In this document: positions 10,207 through 18,776 of the stretch, in pieces
Layout of the letters: each line of letters begins with the position of its first letter
Numbering within the stretch: the stretch's first letter is position 1
DNA from: Candidatus Bathyarchaeia archaeon
GTDB taxonomy: Archaea > Thermoproteota > Bathyarchaeia > 40CM-2-53-6
Direction of reading: 5' to 3'
Length of the DNA: 64,000 nt
Assembly (NCBI GenBank): GCA_050013255.1
Contig: JBEKFP010000001.1
Coordinates: 640,001-704,000 of the forward strand
Program-made: the position numbers and the translations under genes
Notes under the pieces: generated by a model
What the model was told of the DNA's origin: nothing
What the model saw: the letters and a program-made list of their open reading frames with translations, nothing else
The model's database searches: none

Positions 10207-10441
10207 TGGTATCAGTTGGAGTAGAGTTTCATTTCGGCTCGGGGAACTTCATGGTCTGATGGTGGCGGGGGTCGTCACGTAAACCCAGAGCGCCTCCCCA
10301 ACAGGAATTAGAGTTGAACCGCTAGCTCGAATCCAGGCGCCCGTTGGGTTATCGTAAATCCAAACCGAATTCGTATTGTAATCGCCGCTTATGCTTGTAA
10401 GGTAAAGTCGGTTGGTATCAGTCGGGGTAGAGTTTCATTTC
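10207..10441. repeat. 29-bp imperfect direct repeat (10207-10235 and 10413-10441)
   Basis: TGGTATCAGT(T/C)GG(A/G)GTAGAGTTTCATTTC, 27/29 identical; second copy contains the msrB stop codon. Confidence 0.8.
10249..10404 (-). pseudogene. 3'-end remnant of a surface-protein gene
   Basis: YLTSISGDYNTNSVWIYDNPTGAWIRASGSTLIPVGEALWVYVTTPATIRP*; no start codon. Confidence 0.6.
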
Positions 10442-10830
10442 CTGGCGAATTTGAGGGAGGCGGAGTTTATGCAGTAGCGGAGGCCGGTTGGTGCGGGGCC
10501 GTCGTTGAAGACGTGACCGAGGTGGGCTTCGCATTGGCTGCATTGGACTTCGGTCCGCCTCATGAATAAGCTGTTGTCAGCCTCGGTATTGATGTTGTTC
10601 TGGTCTATGGGTACGCTGAAGCTTGGCCACCCAGTTCCAGAATCAAACTTAGCCTCGGAGCTGAACACGTTGTTGCCGCAACAGACGCATTTGTAGACTC
10701 CGGGCTCATGGTTGTCCCAGTACGCGCCCGTGTAGGCTCGCTCGGTCCCCTTTTTTCTAGCTACGTGAAATTGTTCTGGGGTTAGCTGCCGCTTCCACTC
10801 CTCCTCGCTCCTAACAACCTTCTGCGCCAT
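10435..10830 (-). CDS. msrB: Methionine-R-sulfoxide reductase
   Basis: [29 protein letters not shown]; two CxxC Zn sites. Confidence 0.97.
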   Translation of the reverse strand: MAQKVVRSEEEWKRQLTPEQFHVARKKGTERAYTGAYWDNHEPGVYKCVCCGNNVFSSEAKFDSGTGWPSFSVPIDQNNINTEADNSLFMRRTEVQCSQCEAHLGHVFNDGPAPTGLRYCINSASLKFARK

Positions 10831-10870
10831 CTATCTCAACCCAGTAGACTCGATCATAAGGCTGCGCACG

Positions 10871-11164
10871 CTAGCGAAGGCTCAACCATAGAAGAACCGC
10901 CAACCCCGCAGTCTGCACAACCGTAATCACCATCACAAGCATCTCCACATCCGCCGCATAGTACATGAACATTGCAACGTACGAATAGAAGGCTAACAAG
11001 TTCTGGAGCAGAAAGATCCCAGCGAAAAAGAGTAACCCTGCCGTAAAGGCGGCTTTAATTTTTCTGAAGCCATTAGCGTACACAGCAATCAGGCCGATTA
11101 GAAGTAAGATATTGACTAAGGAAAACACTGCCGCCGCCTGAAGCATCATCTCCGCCATGCTCAA
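10871..11164 (-). CDS. Small 3-TM membrane protein
   Basis: Three hydrophobic helices; follows a wHTH gene. Confidence 0.7.
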   Translation of the reverse strand: MSMAEMMLQAAAVFSLVNILLLIGLIAVYANGFRKIKAAFTAGLLFFAGIFLLQNLLAFYSYVAMFMYYAADVEMLVMVITVVQTAGLAVLLWLSLR

Positions 11165-11195
11165 CCACCTCCCCTTTCAACGCTCAAAACATTAT

Positions 11196-11531
11196 CTACT
11201 TTGGCCCAATTCTCTCCCAAATCTTGACGAACTCTTCATAATTCTGCTCTAGTTCAGGGGAGAGAAAATACAATGAACCATAACCCTCGCCCACCTCAAG
11301 GATTAGCCTATTCTTCAACAACACGCTCAGATGGTGCCGCACGGTCTTGTAATCCATTCCTAACCTCTGAGCAAGTTGATTCGCATTTAGTGGCTGGTTC
11401 TTGATAGTCAGTATGATTCGTGCGCGGTTCGCTCCGCCTCGGTTCCCTGTGATCACCCACCAGAGGATCCGGCGGACGGCGCTTGACATTCCGTATTTGG
11501 CCTCAGTAAGGCTTTCTGTTTTTCGATACAT
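11196..11531 (-). CDS. ArsR-like winged-HTH regulator (likely start about 11489)
   Basis: GGANRARII...NANQLAQRLGMDYKTVRHHL.VL. Confidence 0.85.
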   Translation of the reverse strand: MYRKTESLTEAKYGMSSAVRRILWWVITGNRGGANRARIILTIKNQPLNANQLAQRLGMDYKTVRHHLSVLLKNRLILEVGEGYGSLYFLSPELEQNYEEFVKIWERIGPK

Positions 11532-11636
11532 AAGTTGTGAATTGGCCAGAACATTTGGGTGAGACTATGGCAAGTCTAGGGCGTTAACCTGGCGTACTCA
11601 TAAATTGACTCCGACCTCCAGTCCCACCGATTTAAA

Positions 11637-12143
11637 ATGTCAACAAACACGAAAAGTAAAACAGTTCTAATCGCCGCAGTTCTCGTAGCCTTAATCGTTG
11701 GCGGCGCGGTCGGATACTTTGCAAGAGCAGGCGAGGTATCATCGTTGATGAACGAAAACACGATGATACAGCAAGAGATGCATTCAATGACAGCCGCGGT
11801 CTCGTTAACTCCAACCAGCGGGCCAATGCCCCCACATGACGTATGGTTCATCGTAGCACCCACCGGGGGCGGGGACTTCGCAATAGTTCTGAACGCGCAA
11901 GGGCTTGAACAGAACGGTTCCTACCTAATCGAAGGCGTCACGAGGGGCGGAAGCATGAATACCGTTCCCATCACAGGCAATGCCGCGGACTCAGAATTTG
12001 TGCCAGACATGCACGGTACCGGCGTATACTGGCATATACTGATGAGCGACCCACGCGTGAGTTACGAAGAAGTGGTGCTTCTTTACCTTCCTAACATGCA
12101 GATGTCCGCAGCACAACAAGTTGCTACCGCCAAACTAGGTTAG
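11637..12143 (+). CDS. Membrane-anchored Met/His-rich hypothetical protein
   Basis: N-terminal signal/TM; T-rich terminator-like tract at about 12165-12190. Confidence 0.65.
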   Translation: MSTNTKSKTVLIAAVLVALIVGGAVGYFARAGEVSSLMNENTMIQQEMHSMTAAVSLTPTSGPMPPHDVWFIVAPTGGGDFAIVLNAQGLEQNGSYLIEGVTRGGSMNTVPITGNAADSEFVPDMHGTGVYWHILMSDPRVSYEEVVLLYLPNMQMSAAQQVATAKLG

Positions 12144-12273
12144 CCCCCGAACTTGCCAAACCCATCTTTCCCTTCCCTTTTTTTCCCATTCCTAGCGCCA
12201 AACTAGGACCAGGGACGCCCCTTCCTCGCCAAACTGTCCCTACCTTGCAAAGAAACGACGCAAGTCAACACAG

Positions 12274-12936
12274 ATGGTTGAACCTCCTTCAAGCTTCTTA
12301 TGGAACTGGTGTGCAGGGAAGGGGAAGTTGGCCTTGACCGCCCCCATCGATGCAGGCACCGCCAACCTGCGGTGTCCTAGCTGTGACACTGAATCTATGC
12401 TAACGAGTCAGACGGAGTATGAGGTTGAGCATTTTGGTTCTGTCCTGTTGAGTGTCGTCACCTGCTGGAAGTGTGGTTACCGGCATACTGACGTTATGAC
12501 GTTGAGGGAACGTGAACCCATGGCCCTAACCGCCAAGATCAGTTCCCTCGAGGACCTGAACATGCGGGTCATAAAGTCTGGAACGGCTACGGTGAGCATA
12601 CCGGAATTCGGGGCAACTATCACTCCCGGCCCGTATAGTGAGGGTTACATTTCGAACGTTGAAGGCATCCTGGACAGAATTCGGGATGCGCTAATCTTCA
12701 TGCTCTCCACGGCGGATGGGAAACGGCTCGCGAAGGGCGAGAAGATGCTCAAACAATTCCGGTCCGCTAAGGAGTCTAAGCCCCGTTTCACCCTCACCCT
12801 TAAGGACCCCTTCGGCAACAGCGCAATCGTCTCACCAAGTCCCCGGAAAGTGAACAAACGGCGCCTCACAAAACGGGAACTTCTAACCGTTAAGTATGGA
12901 CAATTTGCATTAGCACAGGCACCAAGACATCGTTGA
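12274..12936 (+). CDS. ZPR1 zinc-finger protein
   Basis: CPSC...C.KCGYR, LNMRVIKS, PGP.SEGYISNVEG, DPFGNS. Confidence 0.92.
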   Translation: MVEPPSSFLWNWCAGKGKLALTAPIDAGTANLRCPSCDTESMLTSQTEYEVEHFGSVLLSVVTCWKCGYRHTDVMTLREREPMALTAKISSLEDLNMRVIKSGTATVSIPEFGATITPGPYSEGYISNVEGILDRIRDALIFMLSTADGKRLAKGEKMLKQFRSAKESKPRFTLTLKDPFGNSAIVSPSPRKVNKRRLTKRELLTVKYGQFALAQAPRHR

Positions 12937-12955
12937 GTTAAGAGCGAGCGGTTCC

Positions 12956-13978
12956 TTGCGGCAAGAAACAATCGGATGGGCCAACGGAATATCCTTTGAT
13001 ACTGGAACCTCACGTTTAATCTTCGACCCCACCAGCGGCAGGCCATTAGGCGAAACTTGGAACGTTTTCGTAACCCACGCACACTCCGACCATACCTACG
13101 GCTTTACCACGCACGCGAAGAAACATTCTACGCCTGAGACACTTCGAATCTACGAATCACTCCAAAACCGCCAAGTCAAGAACAGCCACACCCTCAAGTT
13201 GGGCGACGCGATTCGAATCGATGATGTTGAAGTCAGGGTCATTGACGCCGGCCACATGTTGGGCTCCTGCCAATTCGAAGTTGTGACTCCCGAATTTACG
13301 GGTGTATACACGGGGGACATCAATTGCGTGGAGACGCTGACCACACAGGCGGCGCAGGTTAAGCAATGCGATTACCTAATCATCGAAGCAACATACGGCC
13401 ACCCCTCCTATGTCTTCCCACAACGGAGCACAATCTACGCCGACATCATCAGATGGACTACGACCGAGCTGAAGGAGGGAAAAATTCCAACATTCCAAGT
13501 ATATTCCTCCGGGAAACCCCAAGACTTAGTTCGGTTGTTCAACGTGTACACGAAGGTTCCCGTCGTCTGCAGCCCAGGTATAGCCCGCGCCAACAACGCT
13601 CATGCCGAGAACGGCGTCCCATTAGACTTCTTGGACTCGTCTACGGGCGAAGGCAAACAGGCGTTGAAAGCTGGTGGCTGCATTTATGTTACCACGGGGT
13701 CGGAGCATATGCCGCGTAATGCTTCTCGCGCTGTAGCCACCGGTTGGGCGCTGCGCATGGCGTTCCGCCATTACGCCGCCTTCCCACTGAGCAGCCACGC
13801 GGATTACAGCCAACTATTGCAGTTCGTGAGCAGCGTGAACCCGAAGAGGGTGTACGTTTTCACCGGGTACACGGACCTGCTACCAACCGTAATAGAGCGT
13901 AAGCTGGGCATCAAAGCGAGCCCACTCCCCGTCGTAGCTCAAACGAAACTCTTGGACTTTAAAGAAGTCGTTACTTGA
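12956..13978 (+). CDS. Metallo-beta-lactamase-fold (beta-CASP-like) nuclease
   Basis: THAHSDH, AGHMLGS, YTGD, EATYG, SSHAD. Confidence 0.88.
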   Translation: MRQETIGWANGISFDTGTSRLIFDPTSGRPLGETWNVFVTHAHSDHTYGFTTHAKKHSTPETLRIYESLQNRQVKNSHTLKLGDAIRIDDVEVRVIDAGHMLGSCQFEVVTPEFTGVYTGDINCVETLTTQAAQVKQCDYLIIEATYGHPSYVFPQRSTIYADIIRWTTTELKEGKIPTFQVYSSGKPQDLVRLFNVYTKVPVVCSPGIARANNAHAENGVPLDFLDSSTGEGKQALKAGGCIYVTTGSEHMPRNASRAVATGWALRMAFRHYAAFPLSSHADYSQLLQFVSSVNPKRVYVFTGYTDLLPTVIERKLGIKASPLPVVAQTKLLDFKEVVT

Positions 13979-14150
13979 AGGTGATGTACATGAAGAGGCT
14001 TACCGCGACGAGGCCGATTGAGAACATTACCACAACCTCCGGCCTAATCTTAATCCCCGGAGTCTCTTCCTCGAAGAATCGGAGCAACCCGGCGCTTGCC
14101 GCAGGCATCGGAGCCTCACGTTTCCGCCTCTTCTCACGCGCGCTAGACAA
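13971..14150 (-). CDS. secG: Preprotein translocase subunit Sec61beta (archaeal SecG)
   Basis: Manual translation (59 aa, TTG start): ...AGLLRFFEEETPGIKIRPEVVVMFSIGLVAVSLF; below the ORF-track cutoff. Confidence 0.9.
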   Translation of the reverse strand: MSSAREKRRKREAPMPAASAGLLRFFEEETPGIKIRPEVVVMFSIGLVAVSLFMYITFK

Positions 14151-14212
14151 TCTACAAGCCTTCTAGACGCGACTGAGCTTGATACGGGCAATTAAACTTT
14201 AATTCCCAAGCC

Positions 14213-14593
14213 TCAAGTGTCGTTCTGCGTTTTCTGTCTGAGTCGCTGATCAAATCGGGCCGCATCTAAGACCGCTCGAACGTGTAACCCTTCGCCAATC
14301 TTCTCTTTGTCGTCCCAAGCCTCCACCTGGAACTTAAGCCGATCCCCATTAATCTCGAGCAGCGAGGCGCGAGCCCTCACGCGCATGCCAACAGGCGTCG
14401 GGGCAAGATGCTTTACGGCAACCTCAATTCCCACGGAGGTTTGTCCATCGAGCAGGTGCGCTTGAATCGCAGCAACACTCGCATTCTCCATCAGGGCAAC
14501 CATCGAAGGCGTCGAGTAAGCCTCTACAAGGCCACTGCCCAGCCTCGCGGCCATATCTTGATCAGTGACAACGCGGCTCACTTCACCGCTCAT
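14213..14593 (-). CDS. FlK-like hotdog-fold thioesterase
   Basis: LGSG...YSTP.MVALMENAS, SVG..V.VKHLAPTPVG. Confidence 0.88.
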   Translation of the reverse strand: MSGEVSRVVTDQDMAARLGSGLVEAYSTPSMVALMENASVAAIQAHLLDGQTSVGIEVAVKHLAPTPVGMRVRARASLLEINGDRLKFQVEAWDDKEKIGEGLHVRAVLDAARFDQRLRQKTQNDT

Positions 14594-14748
14594 TCCTAAT
14601 TCTAATCCTCCCATCGCATAGCACAACCACACGTACGAAACGTAATCGCGCAGCGACGGGTATCTGCTTTTTGATGCAAGCCTGGTTTGAGGGTAACGTC
14701 AAGTTCTCGACTGCTGAGTTGCCTTGTAACAAATCGTCTGTTACGAAC

Positions 14749-15132
14749 TTACTTGTAACCGAACCTTTGATTGTAAACCTTATGCGTCATTACTTCTATG
14801 ATCCACACAAACAAGGGCTCCGTGGGAGTCTTGATTAGAGAATATGCCATCCTGTAGTTGTCGTCCAAATCGATTCTGAAAAGACAGGGGATCGGCTCAT
14901 GAAATTTCAGGTATTTCTTGGGCCATCGATCGCGAGACACTGAGTCGCCTAATGTTCGACCTTGACTGAGTAGGTCTATGGCATCATCAATTAGCTTAAC
15001 TAGGTACTTGTCTTGACTACGTGTTGAGTTTCTTAATCCGTTGAGGTATTGCGCGAAGTCGGGGTGCCCTTTGACAAGACGGGACTTTCCTCCAATAGCC
15101 TGAGGAGCTTTGGATTGTCCGTGAACACCCAA
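14749..15132 (-). CDS. RelE-like toxin candidate
   Basis: LFRIDLDDNYRMAYS...MTHKVY..RFGY; overlaps upstream partner; start uncertain. Confidence 0.6.
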   Translation of the reverse strand: MGVHGQSKAPQAIGGKSRLVKGHPDFAQYLNGLRNSTRSQDKYLVKLIDDAIDLLSQGRTLGDSVSRDRWPKKYLKFHEPIPCLFRIDLDDNYRMAYSLIKTPTEPLFVWIIEVMTHKVYNQRFGYK

Positions 15133-15368
15133 ACGATAGACCCGTCCTCGGCGAAAACAATCTTCTGAGACGCTTCTAAGTATTGTAAAATCCTTACCAA
15201 TGTTCTGTATTCAATCTTATGAGGTAATTCCCGCATCAAAGCGCGGCGTGAGGGAAAACTTGCTTTATTTCGAATACAACGTTCGACCATTATCTGTGTG
15301 GTCAGCGTTGGGCTGTGGCCTCTGGACAGAATGGTCTCTGTCGCCGATCTTTGGGAAAACGCCTGCAA
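15033..15368 (-). CDS. Small wHTH-like protein, probable antitoxin
   Basis: PTLTT.IMVE...LP....YRTL..IL.YLE.S.KI...DG.IVW pattern; palindromic operator upstream. Confidence 0.6.
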   Translation of the reverse strand: MQAFSQRSATETILSRGHSPTLTTQIMVERCIRNKASFPSRRALMRELPHKIEYRTLVRILQYLEASQKIVFAEDGSIVWVFTDNPKLLRLLEESPVLSKGTPTSRNTSTD

Positions 15369-15388
15369 CTCTCACACCGTCAATATAC

Positions 15389-15404
15389 TTATACACGTGT
15401 ATAA
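15389..15404. promoter_or_regulatory. Perfect 16-bp palindrome, putative TA operator
   Basis: TTATACACGTGTATAA about 20 bp upstream of the 15368 start. Confidence 0.55.
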
Positions 15405-15463
15405 CTATATACACATTGCTAACCGTAACTCTGTCGGGTAGCTTCCAAGTCGTTCCGGTGGCG

Positions 15464-15736
15464 TCACTCGTACCCTCTTCCTCTGTGGAAGAGATCTGTT
15501 ACATACACTACGTTGCGTTCGACCGCGTGTATCGCACGAAAGTCGCCTATCCTTAGGCGAAAGAGATCATGTCGTTCCCTAGTTCCCCTCAATCTGGCTA
15601 TGTCGGCGCTCGGTCTCGGTTCGCATGGGTTTTCTTCTAATGCACGCACCCCATGTATGATTCGTGCTCTCACTTTAGATTCCATTCTTTGTAGAGCCTT
15701 TGCAACTTCTCTATGAAGCCGGATTTCGTAGCGCCA
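15464..15736 (-). CDS. RelE/ParE toxin, lacking an in-frame start for its N-terminal strand
   Basis: YEIRLHREVAKALQRM...FRLRIGDFRAIH...HRGRGY; first in-frame ATG is at 15685. Confidence 0.75.
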   Translation of the reverse strand, partial: WRYEIRLHREVAKALQRMESKVRARIIHGVRALEENPCEPRPSADIARLRGTRERHDLFRLRIGDFRAIHAVERNVVYVTDLFHRGRGYE

Positions 15737-15925
15737 TCAAAGCTCGTCCAAGGAGACAAACGCTTTTTTGTCCTTCAGACGCTCGTACTGCCTACCCATG
15801 AACTCTTCGTAAACGGCGAGTGACATCAATCGTTTAAGGATCTCATCGTAAGTCTCTCCTTTCTTTCCCAACGAGCGAAGACGGTCCCTAGTTTCCCTCT
15901 CAACAGGGATAGTAGTAGTCGCCAT
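15737..15925 (-). CDS. Ribbon-helix-helix antitoxin
   Basis: MATTTIPVERETRDRL..LG.KGETYDEIL.RL...FVSLDEL. Confidence 0.85.
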   Translation of the reverse strand: MATTTIPVERETRDRLRSLGKKGETYDEILKRLMSLAVYEEFMGRQYERLKDKKAFVSLDEL

Positions 15926-16145
15926 TTCCCTTACCCGAACTGACGTACTCAATAACGGACAACTATCAAGAACATAAGCTACTCTGTTAAGCATATAACG
16001 AAACATGAACAGCCGGCGTCTGGTAGCGGGGCGCGGTTTCCATGGAAAGATCCCAACTCAAATGAAAAACCGTTGCCAGAGATTGATTACGTTACCAAAC
16101 AAGCCAGGGGTTAAGTAAACGAAATCTCGTAGCTTGTTCGTAATC

Positions 16146-17342
16146 TTAGGTTGTATTCGTAGGGGTGTTCTGTTCTGTTTTGCGAAACAACGCGTAGAAG
16201 AGAGTTATGGATGCAACGTATAGGATTGTGCAAAGATAGAACGGCAAGCTGAGGTTCCCCGAGTTCAGTAGGGAGGCGCCGACAACAGTGCTCGCGGCGT
16301 TAGGGAGCCGCCAGATTACGACGTTAAAAGAGGAAGCGGTTGCCCGTTCGTCTTCCGCGATCTTGTTCATCAGAAACGTATCACCTAGCGGGCTAGACAT
16401 GTTCATCAGGACCGCCCGAACCACGTAAAGTGGTCCCGCCACGATCGGACTTGGGCTGAAGGGAATCGATAGTAGGAAGATGGTTGAAAGCGCTTGGGTC
16501 ATGACTATTCCCCTCACCAAGCCCACTCGTTTCGCGATGCTGGGTGCGACGAGGGCTGTTAGCCCCATTATTATGTTCGATGCGGCGACGAGGGGGCCGC
16601 TGAACACGTCGGTCACATTGAAGCGTAAGTAAAACCAGGTCGGTATGAGCGGAATGATAAGGCCCGCCCCCAAGCCGATCATAAGGTTCGCCGTTGAGAA
16701 CTTCGCAATTATTCCGAGTGATTTGCGTGGGAGAATTCCTTCGCGTGAGTTTTTCGGCTTGATGTTGACCGCCCAGCGTGAAACTGAGAATGGGGTTGCC
16801 AGGCATGCGAGACCAAGGATGATGAAAGTAAGTCGGTGGGCTGCTAACAAATCCATGGGTAGCAGAGGAAATAGGCCGGGGATGAATGTGCCTATGCCGA
16901 AGGCGATCGTGAAAGTCATGAAGGACATGCTGAAAGTAGCTGCCCTAGCGCCAGAGGTCGTTGTGTCTGCTAGGTATGCGTTCCAAGTGGACAAATACAT
17001 GGCCTCACCTATGCCACCGGCTACCGCTGACAGTTCTATCAGAAAAATGTCAGCTGTAACGCCCGGAATGAAAATGATGAAGCTTGCGATAAGCGCACCT
17101 ACTAGCATTATGTGTTTGCGGCCATAGCGGTCCGATAGCACCGCGAATGGAATGCTGAAGATTACGGTGGTCAGCCCGAAAATTGTGAGGAGGGCTCCTA
17201 CGTTTGTAACGGATATGCCTTCGAGGGGAAGAAAGACGGTTATTGCCACTTCGTAGAAGCCTAGGCCTAAAGCTAAGGGGCTAGCGCCGAGAACCACGTT
17301 AGCCGTGTTCCTTGGGACTTCTCCGAAAGGATGCAATCGCAA
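16146..17342 (-). CDS. MFS transporter
   Basis: About 12 TM; LSDRYGRK motif A. Confidence 0.92.
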   Translation of the reverse strand: MRLHPFGEVPRNTANVVLGASPLALGLGFYEVAITVFLPLEGISVTNVGALLTIFGLTTVIFSIPFAVLSDRYGRKHIMLVGALIASFIIFIPGVTADIFLIELSAVAGGIGEAMYLSTWNAYLADTTTSGARAATFSMSFMTFTIAFGIGTFIPGLFPLLPMDLLAAHRLTFIILGLACLATPFSVSRWAVNIKPKNSREGILPRKSLGIIAKFSTANLMIGLGAGLIIPLIPTWFYLRFNVTDVFSGPLVAASNIIMGLTALVAPSIAKRVGLVRGIVMTQALSTIFLLSIPFSPSPIVAGPLYVVRAVLMNMSSPLGDTFLMNKIAEDERATASSFNVVIWRLPNAASTVVGASLLNSGNLSLPFYLCTILYVASITLFYALFRKTEQNTPTNTT

Positions 17343-17435
17343 TAACCACTTGCACGGGGTTTGGTTACGATGCGCACGCTAATCGAAAAACACTCCGCCT
17401 TGTTTTCAATAGCTCACAACATAAAATTGGTGCAG

Positions 17436-17747
17436 CTACATTCTGAAGCCGAATGCGGATGCGAAGGATTCGACTTTCCTGAAATTGTTGAGGAACTCGA
17501 CGCCCTTCTGGGTTAAGCTGTAAGTCTTGTCGTCGATCCCGTTCTCCTGAATTACACCTAAGTTCTTGAGTTCGTCCAAATATTTGGTTAATCTGTCGTG
17601 GGACAGGTTTGCACCGTACAATATCCGCGTGGGTTTAGCTTCGTTGTTTTCGCGTTGGATGACGTGCATTATGTCGACGTAGATTCGAAACTGGGAACGA
17701 TATTTCGAGACGGGCTTGGCTGCTTGGCCCTGTTCGCTGGGGATCAT
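17436..17747 (-). CDS. Archaeal winged-HTH regulator
   Basis: RS...IY.DI...PTRILYGANLS..RL.KYL...Y.LT.KG. Confidence 0.85.
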   Translation of the reverse strand: MIPSEQGQAAKPVSKYRSQFRIYVDIMHVIQRENNEAKPTRILYGANLSHDRLTKYLDELKNLGVIQENGIDDKTYSLTQKGVEFLNNFRKVESFASAFGFRM

Positions 17748-18370
17748 GTGGAATGGTTCACCCTCAGCAGCATCGCTAGCAGTAGCAGGAAACCGAACAG
17801 TTGTGCGATGTGAGCGAACGGGAAGAAGACGGGGGCGAGCGTGAAGAGTAGGAAGAATAGGTGTGCGACTGAGAGCGAAGCGAAGGCGCCGAAAACGAGC
17901 AGCGCACTCGCAGACTTATTCATGCTGTAATTCATTGCGGTATGAGTTGCAATGTAAACGAGCAGGAAGATCAAGATGAGTTCGGTTACGAGGTTGTGTT
18001 CGAAGAAGAGGACGGGTACCGCGGCCGCCGCGATCGGAACCTGTGCGCCGACATTCCTCGTTTGCTGCATGTACGCGAAAACCAGGAGGCCATAAGCCAA
18101 GAACTGCGCAACGAAATCAATCGTATAGCCAAACGCGGAGAGAAAGAGAAAGGCTCTGTGGAAGCGAACTAGGAGAACGACCAAGTTCGCAAGGCCGTCG
18201 ATGAGCAACCCTGCCCCCAGCAAGCCGAAGCTCAGGTTCAGGTAGAGAAGAGTTCGTTCCTTCGAAAGCCTGTAACCTTTCAACGCCTGGTATGCGACTG
18301 CGCTCGCGATTGCAAAGCCGATGAACTCCATTAACGAGTCAAAGCCGAAGAACCAGAGAGGAGCAAGCAT
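17744..18370 (-). CDS. Polytopic (6-7 TM) membrane protein
   Basis: Hydrophobic throughout; 4-bp overlap with the wHTH gene. Confidence 0.75.
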   Translation of the reverse strand: MLAPLWFFGFDSLMEFIGFAIASAVAYQALKGYRLSKERTLLYLNLSFGLLGAGLLIDGLANLVVLLVRFHRAFLFLSAFGYTIDFVAQFLAYGLLVFAYMQQTRNVGAQVPIAAAAVPVLFFEHNLVTELILIFLLVYIATHTAMNYSMNKSASALLVFGAFASLSVAHLFFLLFTLAPVFFPFAHIAQLFGFLLLLAMLLRVNHST

Positions 18371-18469
18371 CAGCCTTCAACACAGTCGCCTAGAGCCCGT
18401 AAGGCGCACTTTTCAGGATTATGCATCCATCATTCAACGGAATTTGAGTTGTGAAAAACAGTATGGGGT

Positions 18470-18664
18470 TTAGGTTGCAGCTAACTGGACGAGTTTTCCG
18501 TTCATGAAGAACCCCTTAAGGCCGCACACTCCGCAGAGCGCTCCAAGCTGCAGGTCCGAGCCCTCTTCATAGTACACATCGAGGGTTTTCTGCCCGCATC
18601 TTGGGCAAGTGCCGCCTTCGGTTTTATCCATTCCTAACCATGCAATATACACACATGCATCCAT
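18470..18664 (-). CDS. Small Zn-ribbon protein
   Basis: CPRC...CGVC; true start probably MDKTEGG. Confidence 0.65.
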   Translation of the reverse strand: MDACVYIAWLGMDKTEGGTCPRCGQKTLDVYYEEGSDLQLGALCGVCGLKGFFMNGKLVQLAAT

Positions 18665-18776
18665 ATAGACCTGACAGATTAGTGAAACTAACAGAAATCA
18701 GTCTAGGGTTATGGGTACCGGCCAGAGGCAGGCCTATCCATTTTTCGGTTCAAAAATGCGTTTTTAACCACTCCAA

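Noticed and set aside
10320-10345. tRNA T-arm-like GCTCGAATCC
   Set aside because: No cloverleaf; it lies within the minus-strand gene remnant.
10435-10437. Selenocysteine at the msrB TGA
   Set aside because: The catalytic residue is already Cys (RYCINS), the TGA sits at the normal C-terminus, and no SECIS was recognised.
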